A DNA stretch of 64,000 nt from the human T2T-CHM13v2.0 reference genome, Homo sapiens. The translations under genes and the position numbers were made by a program. Location: NCBI RefSeq assembly GCF_009914755.1, contig NC_060928.1. One strand, given 5' to 3'. The notes beneath the pieces were generated by a model. It was not told the DNA's origin. It ran no database searches and worked only from the letters and a program-made list of their open reading frames with translations. Below are positions 21,971 to 33,890 of this stretch, one piece after another. Position 1 is the stretch's first letter, and every line of letters starts with the position of its first letter.

Positions 21971-24526
21971 TAGTGCAAAGTGTCTTAAAGATGTCCTTTA
22001 AATAACCTAAGAAGAGAATGCAGAGAGAGAAGAGAGACCTCAGAACAATGAAGACTTCTAATATTTGGACTTTAAATAGAAGAAGAGGACCTAGACAAGG
22101 ACACTGAACAAGAATTGCTAGAGGATCAGGAAAATGTTTAGTTGATATGCCAAGGGGAAAGAATGCAATGAGGCGGCAGCATCTCTAAGAAAAAGATAAT
22201 AGTTAACTGCCAAATATTCTTACTATTGAACAAAGGCTAGAATCAGGATATGAGCAGAACTATAAGAATGTAGGCTATGTCAAAACATCACAGAGCCCCT
22301 GAATATGGCACCAGGACTCAGGCAAAGTGTAGGAATGTGATGCCAAGCAACTTTAAAGGCAAGGCAAGAATATAAGCTTAAAAGTTAAAGGTTTAGTCTT
22401 ATGAAATATGAAAATGTGTTTAGAATTGTGGATGTCCCAATAGAATACCCCCTTTCTCTGGCTGAGTTTAATATAAAGTGAGACAATAGACAGAAAAGAG
22501 TGTAACAGATTCCTTTATCACTGATAAGACCTAGATTGGATGGTACAGGAATAAATGACATCCTACTAGTGAAACACAAAATTATAGAGTCTTCGCCATT
22601 TAGTCGCAGGAATATTATAGGCTTTCCATATAGGAGATCAACCCATACAAGACTAATGGCATAGGGAACTAGACCAGAGAAATTTGCTTTCTTTGAGGTT
22701 TAGGATTCCAAATTCACCACCTCAGAAATTACTCCAAGTTCCCTTGGAAAGTAGTGCATGTGGGAATAGGCTAGAGATTAGGAGGTCTTAGAATAATCTC
22801 ATTTTGTGGAAACCAGAGGAGACAGACTGGGAAAAAACATCCTCCTCACATCCCAACAGACATGCTTGTTGACAACGTGATAAATGTCAAGTTCTTGGTC
22901 AGGAAATAAAGGGTGGAGCTAATAAAATTGGAGTACAGAACAGAGAATCCATTGTCTAGGACGTCTTGGGGCTGAATAACACAAACATTACTGAGCAAAA
23001 GTTCTTAAACTTCACCATCAATAGCGACAGGATTGAACTTGGAACTGGAGAAAGATTTGATCTTTGAAGGGGCTTAAAGTGGCTCCAGTTGTGAATACAA
23101 AAAACAAAAAATGGGCCACGTAAATAGACCATTGCCATGGATAACAAGGCACTATAGTAAACGGATAACTAGCCAGAAGTTATCCCTCTTACATAAGAAA
23201 AAAAGAAAAAAATAATACTCTATATGACATAAAGAAAAACTTATAATGCTGGAGAAATGATGAAATCTGTTTCTAGGTTACAGGCAGGTAAAGACATAGG
23301 TGATTTGACTTTGATTCCAAATACATTTATCTCAAGCCATACAAGAGTGATTTTCATACACAGGTCAAAGAGAAATGGCAATATTTAATTTTTCATTTAT
23401 AAAATATGCAGTGTAGTAATCAGAATGTTTTAGTTTAAAATGGCAAAATCCTAACTCAAACTAGACACCCAACCTGGGGTCTAATAGGAGAAACTTTTAA
23501 AAGGAAATTGATTGTTATTAACTGGGAAGTACAGGTGTGGTTTGGGTCTCGGGTCTGAGAGGGGCACAGATTATAAATTCAAATCTCTCTCTCTCTGTGT
23601 TTGTGTGAGAGACAGAGAGTTTGATGTTTTCTCACTTCTCTGTTCTCATACATATTTCCTTCTCACTCTATATACACTTGATACAAAGCTTTGTGCATGT
23701 TTCTCTATGAACTAATTCCAGGGAAATGGCAAGAGATTGCTTTAATCAATACCACCACTGAGTGGTTTTTATGAAACTTTTCTGTGAAACTGAAAATGAA
23801 ATTGTCTAGATAAAGAAATTATAAAATCATACCCCATTTAAAATAGACTCAGCCATATGAGCTGGACTCATCAGAGAAAAGTGTGCCTCTTCCTCTGGTG
23901 GAAGCAGGCCTGTGTCGGCACATGGCTTGACAAGTGGCATTTAGGCTGAATTTCATCTCCCAGTCACTAACTTTTATCTGCCTTTGTGCAGCCAGCAGGA
24001 GTCCTTGGTGCCAGGCTTACATTATTCCATAAAAACAACTGAAAGAAACAGAAAACTCCCTCTCAAAATGCACATATGTAATAACCCCAACAAAGACTCA
24101 ATGACTGCATCAATGTGGTCACAGATTAGGATGCTTTGATTAGCTAGCACTTGCAGAAACACATGGCATGTGGGGTGGGCATTCTGCCAAAAGGGAAGGG
24201 TGTTGTTCCCATATGAAGAAAAAAGGGCTGCTGAGTAAAACAAAGCGACAAATGTTCCCTGCCTTCCTATTCTCACCTCTCTCACACACATACGCACACT
24301 ACCAAACACACAAACAAAAACGCTTATCTTGACTATCATACTTCAGCTATCCAGCTACCCTTTTCCTCTTATCTCTTTTGAATGCAGGTTTCTGAATAAA
24401 ACAGTTCCTAAAATTGCTGTCTCCACTTTTTCTTTCACTTCTTCTTCAGCTCAGTCTGATCTTTCTCAAATCAATCTACCAAAACAGTGCTTGCTAAGGT
24501 TACACACAACTTTCTTGTTAAATCAA

Positions 24527-24633
24527 AGAAATATATATATATTTATTTATTTATTTAAAATATTTAAAATATTTAAAAAATATATATATTTAAAAAATAT
24601 ATATTTATTTATATAAAATATATATATATTTCT
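24527..24633. repeat. Pure AT tract bounded by 18-bp inverted repeats
   Basis: 24529-24631 contains only A/T; AGAAATATATATATATTT (24527-24544) is the reverse complement of 24616-24633. Confidence 0.9.
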
Positions 24634-25135
24634 AGTTTGTATCTAACTTGACATCTTAGTAGAATTTGACTTCAAAGATCACGCCTCTCCTTTCTTGAAG
24701 AAGTCCTCCTTCGACAAAAGTGACTCCACATTGTCTCGATTTTTCTGCCATCTCTGGCCAATTTCTTTTTAGTGTTGTTGCATTTTCATCTGTTTTATTC
24801 CAACTATTAGATATTGGAGCATCAGGAATTTTCATGCTTGGTCTACTCCTCTTTCCTCATTTTACATTCTATCCCTAAGCAATCTCATCCACAATTATAT
24901 CTTAAAATATACAGAGATGGCTGAAAATCTGGACCCACAGCTAAAGCATCCCCTCTGAGCTATGATTGCATCAAACTGCCATGTTGAAAATTGCTTTTGG
25001 CTATCTTAGAGGCACTTTTAATTAAATATGTTCCTAGTTAAAAATGTTATTTTTCCCTCTTTCTTTCATCAAGCATATCTGCGTGCATTTACACAGTTCT
25101 CTTTCAGTTGAACCAGTCTCAGGGTGTAACATCAC

Positions 25136-25502
25136 TGCCATGTTCTGGATATATGTGTCCCCTCAAAATTCATACGTTGAAATTCTAACCCTCAAGGTGG
25201 TAGTATTAGGAGGTAGGGATTTGGGTAGGTGATTAGGTCATGAGAGCACAGCTCTTCTGATGAGATTAGTGTCCTTATTAAAAAGGACCAAGAGAACTCT
25301 CTCACCCCTTCTGCTATGTGAGGATGCAGTAAAGAGACTGCCATCTGTGAATCAGAAAGCAAGCCCTGACCAGACACAAAATCTGCCCAATACCTTGTCC
25401 TGGAACTTCCCAGTTTCCATAATCATAAGACATAAATTTCTGTTGTTTATATGTCTCCTAATCTATGATATTTTGTTATAGTAGCCCAAACAGACTAAGA
25501 CA
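25136..25502 (+). mobile_element. MLT1A-like MaLR solo LTR
   Basis: TG...CA ends; AAAATTCATACGTTGAAATTCTAACC, GGTGATTAGGTCATGAG and terminal CAGACTAAGACA; near-TSD ATCAC/ATCCC. Confidence 0.85.
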
Positions 25503-25609
25503 ATCCCCATCCATCATGACCCAGTGACCACTATCTCCTCTCTTTTACTCATCATGTTCAGTGTATATCTAGGTCCTGTAGAATTCACTACCTAGGTAAA
25601 TCTTATATT

Positions 25610-25913
25610 CTTTTTTTTTTTTTTTTTTTTTTTGAGACGGAGTCTCACTCTGTCGCCCAGGTTGGAGTGCAGTGGAACAATCTCGGCTCACTGCAAGCTC
25701 CGCCTCCTGGGTTCACGCATTCTACTGCCTCAGCCTCCGGAGTAGCTAAGACTACAGGGGCCCGCCACCACGCCCGGCTAATTTTTTGTATTTTTAGTAG
25801 AGACGGGGTTTCACCATGTTAGCCAGGATGGTCTCCATCTCCTGACTTCGTGATCCGCCCGCCTCATTCTTCCAAAGTGCTGGGATTATAGGCGTGAGCC
25901 ACCGCGCCCGGCC
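25610..25913 (-). mobile_element. AluY SINE
   Basis: Poly-T then reverse Alu with CTGCAAGCTCCGCCTCC and GTTAGCCAGGATGGTCTC; CpG-rich. Confidence 0.95.
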
Positions 25914-27799
25914 TTAAATTCTTTAATATTATTTCACTTTTATTGTTACTACAAAAACCAGCCTCACCCTCACACCTGGACTGCCACATTGGCCCAGGAG
26001 CCAGTTTCGTGTCTAGCATCTTCTACTCTGTCCTCCAGTTTCTCTTTGTCAATGCAGCCAAAGTAATTTTTCTGAAGATCAAATAATATCACTCAGCAAC
26101 CAAAATCTCAGACAGTGCTTAAAATGTCCCACATTGTCTGGTCCTATCTATATCCATGATTTAATGTTTTGCCACCTCTGTCACTTGGTCTTTCTATTCC
26201 AGAGTCACAGGGCTTCTTTCTGTTTTTAGCATGTACCATTCCCTCACAAAATAGGATCTTTGCACATACTTCATACTTTTCATTATGAACGGCATGCTTT
26301 TTCTCCCCGTTTTCATGTTGCAACCTTAGATCCCACAGATTTCAATTCAATTTTCAATTCCTCAGGAATGTATTGTCTGACTTTTAAACTGGGTAAAATA
26401 TTCTTAATATGCCCTCTCAAAAATTTGTGCCCTTCTCATTCACAATACTCTTTATATTGGTAATTTTGAATTTAATGTTTCTTGGATAAATAAATTACCA
26501 ACATTCAAATAATTTCTTCACTACCATAACCCAGCATACAAAATAAACCATGCTTAACTTTCTGAAAAGTAGACTTGTCCAGGACTCTACCAATTACTGC
26601 ACCTAATTGAATGCTAAGATCTAGGAGTTACGATTGTTCTCATTGCTTAGATCCAGATGGAGCTCCTTATAACCCAGTAACATATTCCTGAATGTTGTAG
26701 TATGTATTTTAATGAACCCAATATCATTGGTGGCATAATAATTTCATTTTGGTTAGGGGTGATTAAAGCAAATATACTCTAGTTGCTAGTCCAGAACCCA
26801 AACTATATACTGCTTATCAAAATAGTATACTTATTTTGAATGAATCCCTACTTTTCTGACAATGAAATTATTTCCTTGGACAGATATAGCAAATACTGTT
26901 ATGTGTCACACATACCCCCCTGTTTTCACACTCCAAGACTGAAGCATCCATTTATCTAGGGGCAGATAGTATTGTCACTCAAGACTCTCAGATGAGTCCA
27001 TCTCTGGGAGTTCCTTTGGGTCAAGAAAGCGACTTTACTCAAGATTATTTTCATGTTTCGTGGTGATGATGCAGACATAATAAGATGTTTCATAAAACTG
27101 AAAAAATGGTGAACCTCAATTAGTAATTTGATGTGAACAACAATTGATAGGACTGCCATGGCAAATCATAGTGAAAAAGATCAAAAGACTCATATAGTTG
27201 AGCATGCTAGAGTGAACATATTATGTAAGGCTGAAAAATCCATCTGCTGCCTATGTCCCATGAGAGAGCCTAGAGGAGACTCTGCTTACCGACATAATAA
27301 ATATGCACTGGGGTAAAGGGCCCTAGCATCATTAAGAAGATCATTGTTGTAGGTCTCATATAATACAGTGCTGACAGTAAGAGATACTATACAGCACTGT
27401 TTTGTTTGGCAGTAATTGTTATAACAGGACCTCAAACACAGAAGCGAGATGGCAGAAACTAGCTGTCAGAAACATGCTGAGTGCCATTAGCATAATTACT
27501 CATAAGGTCTGGATGTCCTGACAAGCAGAGAGCCACAGAAATTGTTAATAGATAGAATATAATTTCCCTACATGTAAGATATCTAGGTAGCCAACAAGTT
27601 TACTGCTAAATATATATGACCAAAATAAAGCAAGAATAGTTGATAGAGGTTGATGCCATAAATCCCAATTAAATGTCTTGATTTATTGCCTTGTTTATGA
27701 AATGGAGCAGGGATTCAGACCCACAATTTATTGGCTAAAGAAGATCTTCTAAAAACAAACAAAGAAAACAGGAAACCACCATGTCAAGTATATATCATA

Positions 27800-30020
27800 A
27801 TGGGAACACTTCCTGAATGGCAAAGAAAGGACTTACAAAAATCTGATGCCCCATAACAGCAATAAGAGCATAGGAAAAAAAAAAAGCTGATATAAACTTT
27901 TTCAGAACTCTGGAAAACAGCTAAATGTTTACAACAATTGAAGGAAGACTTATCCAATAAAAATAGCTGAATCTAGGTAAAATATTGAACTTTGTCACTA
28001 TTTTAATGTGCTCTAATCCCATTCCCTTCTCCATGGCTTTGCATTATCCTTGAAAACCAATGGCCTCATGATTGTCATGACTGATGAAAACCAGTACCTT
28101 ATCAGCCACTGAAAGGAACTGAATGGGTTTGGAGATCCCAAAACTCCACATCACAGGGAATTATCACTATTTGACCACCTGGAAACTTTCTGGAAAACAC
28201 CACTCAGTTTATCTTTATTTGACCTAACTTAGACTTCACTCAGTGTTAACAATGCATATACAACACATTTGTCAAAAACAGTCAGCTGCCATTGTTTAAT
28301 ATTAAAGGTTCTTCAGTCAGCCCCACCTGTTGGGACTAGTAAGAGGCTAGCCAAACCACTTAAAATGAAAAATTAGGGAGTTATATGTCTATAGGTCCTT
28401 TGAAAACTCTGACAAGCTCCTGGAAATATAAAATGTTATGTATGCAAATGCACAGAGATGTTCATATACCCAGGATTGTGGAAACACTCAGGAGGCTTGA
28501 GATAATCTAAATCTAAATCTAAATCTAATAATGTAAGGAAACCAGAAAGGCCAAATTATCCTTGAAAAGTAAAAACAATGTTGGATAACTCACACTTTCT
28601 GATTTCAAAAGTTGCTACAAATTGCAGTAATCAAGAGAGTATGCTACTGGCATAAGGATAAAAATATAGATAATTGGGAAATAATTGAATGTCCAAAAAA
28701 ACCCCTCAAATTTATGATCCACTGATTTTCAACAACGGTACCAAGACAATTTAATGGAGAATAGTCTTTTCAACACTTGGTGCTGGAACAGCTAGATATC
28801 CACATGCCACAGAAGAATGTTAAACTCCTACCTCACACTGTACACAAAAATTAACTTAAAATAGATCAGAGATGTAAATATAAGACTACAAACTAAGAAT
28901 TTTAAATTATGAAATCCTTAGAAGAAAACATAGCGTTAAATATTCTTGACTTGGGTTAACCAAATGTTTTTTAAATGAAATATCAAAAGCACAGTGAAAA
29001 GAAAAGAAAAAAAACAATAGATATATTGGGCCTGACCAAAACTAAAACCCTTTGTGTTTCAAGTGATACTATCAATTAAGTAAAAAGATAACCAACATAA
29101 TAGAAAAATATTTGCAAATTATATATCTGATAAGGAACTTGAATACAGACTATAAATAAATTCTTCATCTGAACAACAAAAAGTCACATAAGCCAATTAA
29201 AAAGGGTCAAGTAATTTTAACATACGTCTCTCCAAAGGATGTGTACAAAGGCCAATAACACATGCAAATATGCTTAAGAAAATGAAAAGAACCATGAGAT
29301 ACCACTCGACACCTACTAATATTGCTGTAAATAAAAATATGGAAAATTATAAGTATTAGCAAAAATGTGGAGCAACTGGAACTCTCAAATTTTGTTGTTC
29401 AGAATTTAGGATTATACAGCCTCTTTGGAAAAAAAGTTTGATAGACTCTGATAAAGTTAACATAGACTTATCATATGATCTAGCAATTTCACTCCAGGTG
29501 TATACCCAGGAAAATTAAAACTCATGTTCACTCAATATCTTGTACATAAATATTCATAGCATCATTATTCACAATTGCCAGATAGTGGAAACAACAAAAA
29601 TTTGTATTAACTGAAAATTGGATCAACAAAATGGGATTGGCTATATAAAGGAATATTATTCAGCAATTGAAAGGAATAAGGTACAAATATATATCACAAC
29701 ATGAATAAACCTTGAAAATATACTAAAGAAGCCAGACATGAAAAGATGCATATTGTGTGATTCCATTTACATAAATCTCCATAATAGGCAAATCCATGGA
29801 GAAGAAAAGTAGATTAGTGTTTGCTGCAGACTGGGGGAAGGGGAAATGTGGAGGGATCACTAATGAGTATTGGGTTTCTTTTTGGGTGATGAAAATTTTC
29901 TAGAATAAGATATAATGGTAGCACCACCTTCTGAATATACTAAAACTCACTAAATTGTGCATTTAAAAAGGGTGATTTTTATATTACGTGAATTATATCT
30001 CAATAAATTTGCTATAATAA
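27800..30020 (+). mobile_element. Old L1 (L1MB-like): 5'-type segment joined to the ORF2 end and 3' UTR
   Basis: 28530-29750 is L1 ORF2 C-terminal sequence; 3' UTR AGGCAAATCCATGGAG...TTTGGGTGATGAAAATTTTCTAGAA...ATTATATCTCAATAAA. The 27800-28500 assignment is weaker. Confidence 0.75.
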
Positions 30021-30458
30021 AATTTCTAAATGACTCTCTAATTTTTAGTCAGAAAAACACATTCTTTGGTAAAGATACACTGGGGAAACTGAAACATCCA
30101 AATACTTTGAGGACTGTATGGTCTATTTTAAGATTGATTCTCAGAGACTAAAGAGTCATTTTCCCTCCTAACCCCCATTATAACAGAGGCATGATGATAA
30201 GGCAATAAAAGGAATCCTAGCTCAGTTCGGGACATAGTGAATCCACTGTATCCAGGAAATGAGCAAGTGGTCACTTTTCATCATACCTAACTCCATAACT
30301 GGAGTGAACATACTTGGTGGTAGAATTTTCACATCACTTTCTTGAATCCTGATATAAAAATATAAGAGCATTTGTAATGAGAAAGCCCAGGAGAAAATTT
30401 CTCATACACACACACTCTCTCTCTTTCTGTCTCTCTCTCACACAAACACATATATTTA

Positions 30459-32171
30459 TTTTTATTTTATTTTATTTTAAGTTCCGGGGTACATGTCAGG
30501 ATGTGCAGGTTTGTTACATAGGTAAATGTGTGCCATAGTGGTTTGTTGCATCTATCAACCTAGGTATTAAGCCCAGCAAGCATTAGCTATGTTTCCTGAT
30601 GCTCTCCCCTGCCACCTTCCCCCAACAGAGCCCAGTTTGTGTTGTTCCTCTCCCTGGGTCCATATGTTCTCATTGTTCAGGTTCTACTTATAAGTGAGAA
30701 TATGTGGTGTTCGGTTTTCTGTTTGTCTGTTAGTTTCCTGAGGATAATGGCTTTCAGCTCCATTCACGTCCCTGGAAAGGGAATGTTCTCATTCTTTTTA
30801 TGGCTGCATGGTATTCCATAGTGTATATGTATCACATTTTATTTATTCAGTCTATCATTGATGGGCATTTGGGTTGATTCCATGTCCTTGCTATTGTGAC
30901 TAGTGCTGCAATGAACATATGCGTGTACATATCTTTATAATAGAATGACCATATTTATATTCCTTTCGGTTTATACCCAGTAAGGGGATTGCTGGGTCAA
31001 ATAGTATTTCTGATTCTAAATCTTTGAGGAATAGCCACACTGTCTTCCACAATGTTTTAATTAATTTACATTCCCACCAACAGTGTAAAAGCTTTCATAT
31101 TTCTCTGCAACCTCACCAGCATCTGTTGTTTCTTGACTTTTTAATAATCACCATTCTGACTGGCATGAGATGGTATCTCATTGTGGTTTTGATTTGCATT
31201 TCTCTAATGATCAGTGATATTGATCTTTTTTTCATATATTTGTTGGCTGCATAAATGTCTTCTTTTGAGAAATATCTGTTCATGTCCTTTGCCCACTTTT
31301 TAATGGGGTTGTTTGTTTATTCCTTGTAAATTTGCGTGAGTTCCTTGTAGATTCTGGATATTAGACCTTTGTCAGATGGATAGATTGCAAAAATTTTCTC
31401 CCAGAAGCTCTTTATTTTAATTAGATCCCATTTGTCAATTTTTGCTTTCGTTAGAATTGCTTTTGGTGATTTTATCATAAAATCTTTGCCCATGTCTATG
31501 TCCTGAATGGTGTTACCTAGACTTTCTTCTAGAATTTTTATAGTTTTGGGTTTTACATTTAAGTATTTAATCCATCTTGAGTTAATTTTTGTATAAGGTA
31601 TAAGAAAGTGGTCCAGGTTTAATTTTCTGCATATGGCTAGCCAGTTCTCCCAGCACCATTTATTAAATAGGGACTCCTGTCCCTATTGCTTGTTTTTGTC
31701 TTGTTTGTTGAAGATCAGATCGTTGGAGATGTGTGGTTTTATTTCTGAGTTCTCTATTCTTTCCATTGGTCTATGTGCCTGTTTTTGTACTAGTAGCATG
31801 CTGATTTGCTTCCTGTAGCCTTGTAGTATAGTTTGAAGTCAGGCAATATAATGCCTTCAGCTTTCTTCTCTTTGCTTAGGATTGTCTTGGCTATATGAGC
31901 TTTTTTGTCGTTCTGTATGATTTTTTAAATAGTTTTTTTCTAATTCTGTGAAGAATGTCAATGGTAGTTTAATGGGAATAGCACTGAATCTACAAATTGT
32001 TTTGGGCAGTATGGCCATTTTTTTGATATTTCTTCCATCCATGAGCATGGAATGTTTTTCCATCTGTTTGTGTCCTGTCTGATTTCCTTTAGCAATGGTT
32101 TGTAGCTCTCCTTAAAGAGGTCCTTCACTTCCCTTGTTAGCTGTATTCCTAGGTATTTTATTCTCTTGGAT
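30459..32171 (-). mobile_element. 5'-truncated L1PA (roughly L1PA8-L1PA11) with 13-bp TSD
   Basis: Reverse L1PA 3' UTR and ORF2 end; ACACATATATTTA at 30446-30458 and 32172-32184; small internal deletion near 31403. Confidence 0.93.
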
Positions 32172-32828
32172 ACACATATATTTACATAATCTTGATGGAT
32201 TTTGTAGAAACTGGTGTCACTCTTAAAAATTTGAAAGGCTCATGAATGCCAATAGACTACTACAAAATCAACCCAATAAATTGTAATCTCAATAAATATT
32301 GCCATGCCAGATGCTATGTATTTTCTAGAACACGTTAACATATTCCCAGGTACATGGTATGGTACTATCTGGCAATCACTAATATAACATTTGTTTTTCC
32401 ATTTCTATTAGAATAAAAGGTCAGAAACAGTTTGCATTATTTTTGGGTAGAAAGGCATAAACACTTACCTTCTTGCTCAAGGGTAGTGTTAACTCTTTTG
32501 GCATGTGTAGTAATATAGTGCACAGGGAACTGGATTACCTGGACATCCTGCAGGACATATGTATAAATAACATTTTTTAAATCACAGTATGTATGAATGA
32601 CATCATTGATCTACTCTATGAATGACATTATTTTAATTGCACCAGATGTGCTGAAAGCAACAAGTATGTTACAGGCCATAGTAAGATGTATATGTTCCAG
32701 ATAACTCAAACAACTCAAAGCTGAGGGCTCTGTTGCTCCACCCCATCTGGACCAGCAGAGGTGCTAGATAAGAGCAAAAAGAGTTCAGAATGGGTAGTAG
32801 AAAAGAGAGATAGTAAAAATCAGTTGCA

Positions 32829-33058
32829 GGATGGGTGTGGTGGCTTATGCCTGTCATCCCACCAATTTGGGAGGCCAAGGCAAGAGGATCACTTGAGCCC
32901 AGGAGTTCAAGACCAGCCTAAGCAGCATGGCAATACTTCATCTCTACAAATAATAATAATAACGACAAAATAGCTGGATGTAATTGCGTGCACCTGTGGT
33001 CCCTACTACCCAGGAGTTAGAGGTGGAAGGATAGCTTGAGCCCGGGAGGTGGAGGCTG
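32829..33058 (+). mobile_element. AluJ, 3'-truncated into a (TG)n tract
   Basis: GAGGATCACTTGAGCCCAGGAG (J-type); right arm stops at GGAGGCTG and runs into TG repeats to ~33086. Confidence 0.88.
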
Positions 33059-33329
33059 TGTGTGTGTGTGTGTGTGTGTTGTGTGTATCTCCAATATAAA
33101 ATATTCTAGGTTAAAAAGGCAGACATTATTCTTCAGCCTTGCTCACATGTTTTACAGTTGGGAAAACTGGCCTCTCTGTTAGGAAGAATTGAATATAAAT
33201 TTATATTATTACTCTCTTGTGATCTTGTTTCTACTTTTTGCTTCTTCTCAAATCCCAATATTCTCTTTTGTTATATTCCCTAACTTAAGTTTCACTAACT
33301 TTAGCAAATTGCAGAGATTTTATAATATA

Positions 33330-33890
33330 ATTACCTTGTGATGTGATATCATTCTTTGCAGATAATAAAATTTCTATCCAGGAAATTACTGGACATCTAC
33401 AAATACAATTAACAAGACAGTTTGTCAGTTATGACCTTATAAACCAGCAGCAAACATTCATATAATGTAATTTGAAAAGACGCAATTATAGTAGCAACAA
33501 AAATTGTAAGTTACCTAGAGATTGATGCTTTCAAGATCTTTTGTATAATTATAATTAAAAACATAAAATCTTCCTAAATAAATGAAAAGATTTTCCATGT
33601 TCATGGGTGGGAAAAATTGATATCGAAAAGATCTAACATTGATCCAACAATTATTAAAGTTGACTAAGTGTCAGGCCCTTTTCTGAGGAATTAGGGAATC
33701 TCAGTGAGCAAAACAGAACAAAAATTTCTAAGTCTAATTCTTTCCATGTTATTTGATAAATCTAATACAATTTTTATGCAATTTACAGCAGAACTGTTTT
33801 TCTGAAAAATTTTGTAAGCTAATCCTAAAGTTCAAATGGAAGAGTCAAAGAACAAATATAGTCAATGTAATTTTTAAATAAAGGAGTAGG
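33330..33890 (+). mobile_element. Very old L1 (L1ME-like) ORF2 fragments
   Basis: CCTAAATAAATGAAAAGATTTTCCATGTTCATGGGTGGGAA and AAGCTAATCCTAAAGTTCAAATGGAA resemble L1 ORF2. Confidence 0.55.

Larger units (their letters stand above)
21345..22160 (-). mobile_element. L2 fragment interrupted by an Alu monomer
   Basis: Degenerate L2-like segments (GAGTTCAGTTTTAAATGTATTAAATTT; GGAGATATACATTT). Confidence 0.55.
24340..26480 (+). mobile_element. Fragmented L2 hosting an AT tract, an MLT1 LTR and an AluY
   Basis: Degenerate L2 ORF2/3' motifs (CTAAGCAATCTCATCCAC, ATCCCCTCTGAGCT, AATGCAGCCAAAGTAATTTTTCTGAA). Confidence 0.6.
26560..32670 (+). mobile_element. Ancient ERV-L-class internal region (gag/pro/RT remnants) in three pieces: ~26560-27790, ~30025-30400, ~32190-32670
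   Basis: Degenerate gag-like segment at ~27270-27350; RT-like QKQFA (32422), FLLKGSVNS (cf. VLPQGYVNS) and DIILIAPD (cf. DDIMLIG). Heavily decayed. Confidence 0.55.

Noticed and set aside
22170-23170. Possible ancient LTR-retroelement internal sequence or exons
   Set aside because: No motif or reading frame that I could assign with confidence.
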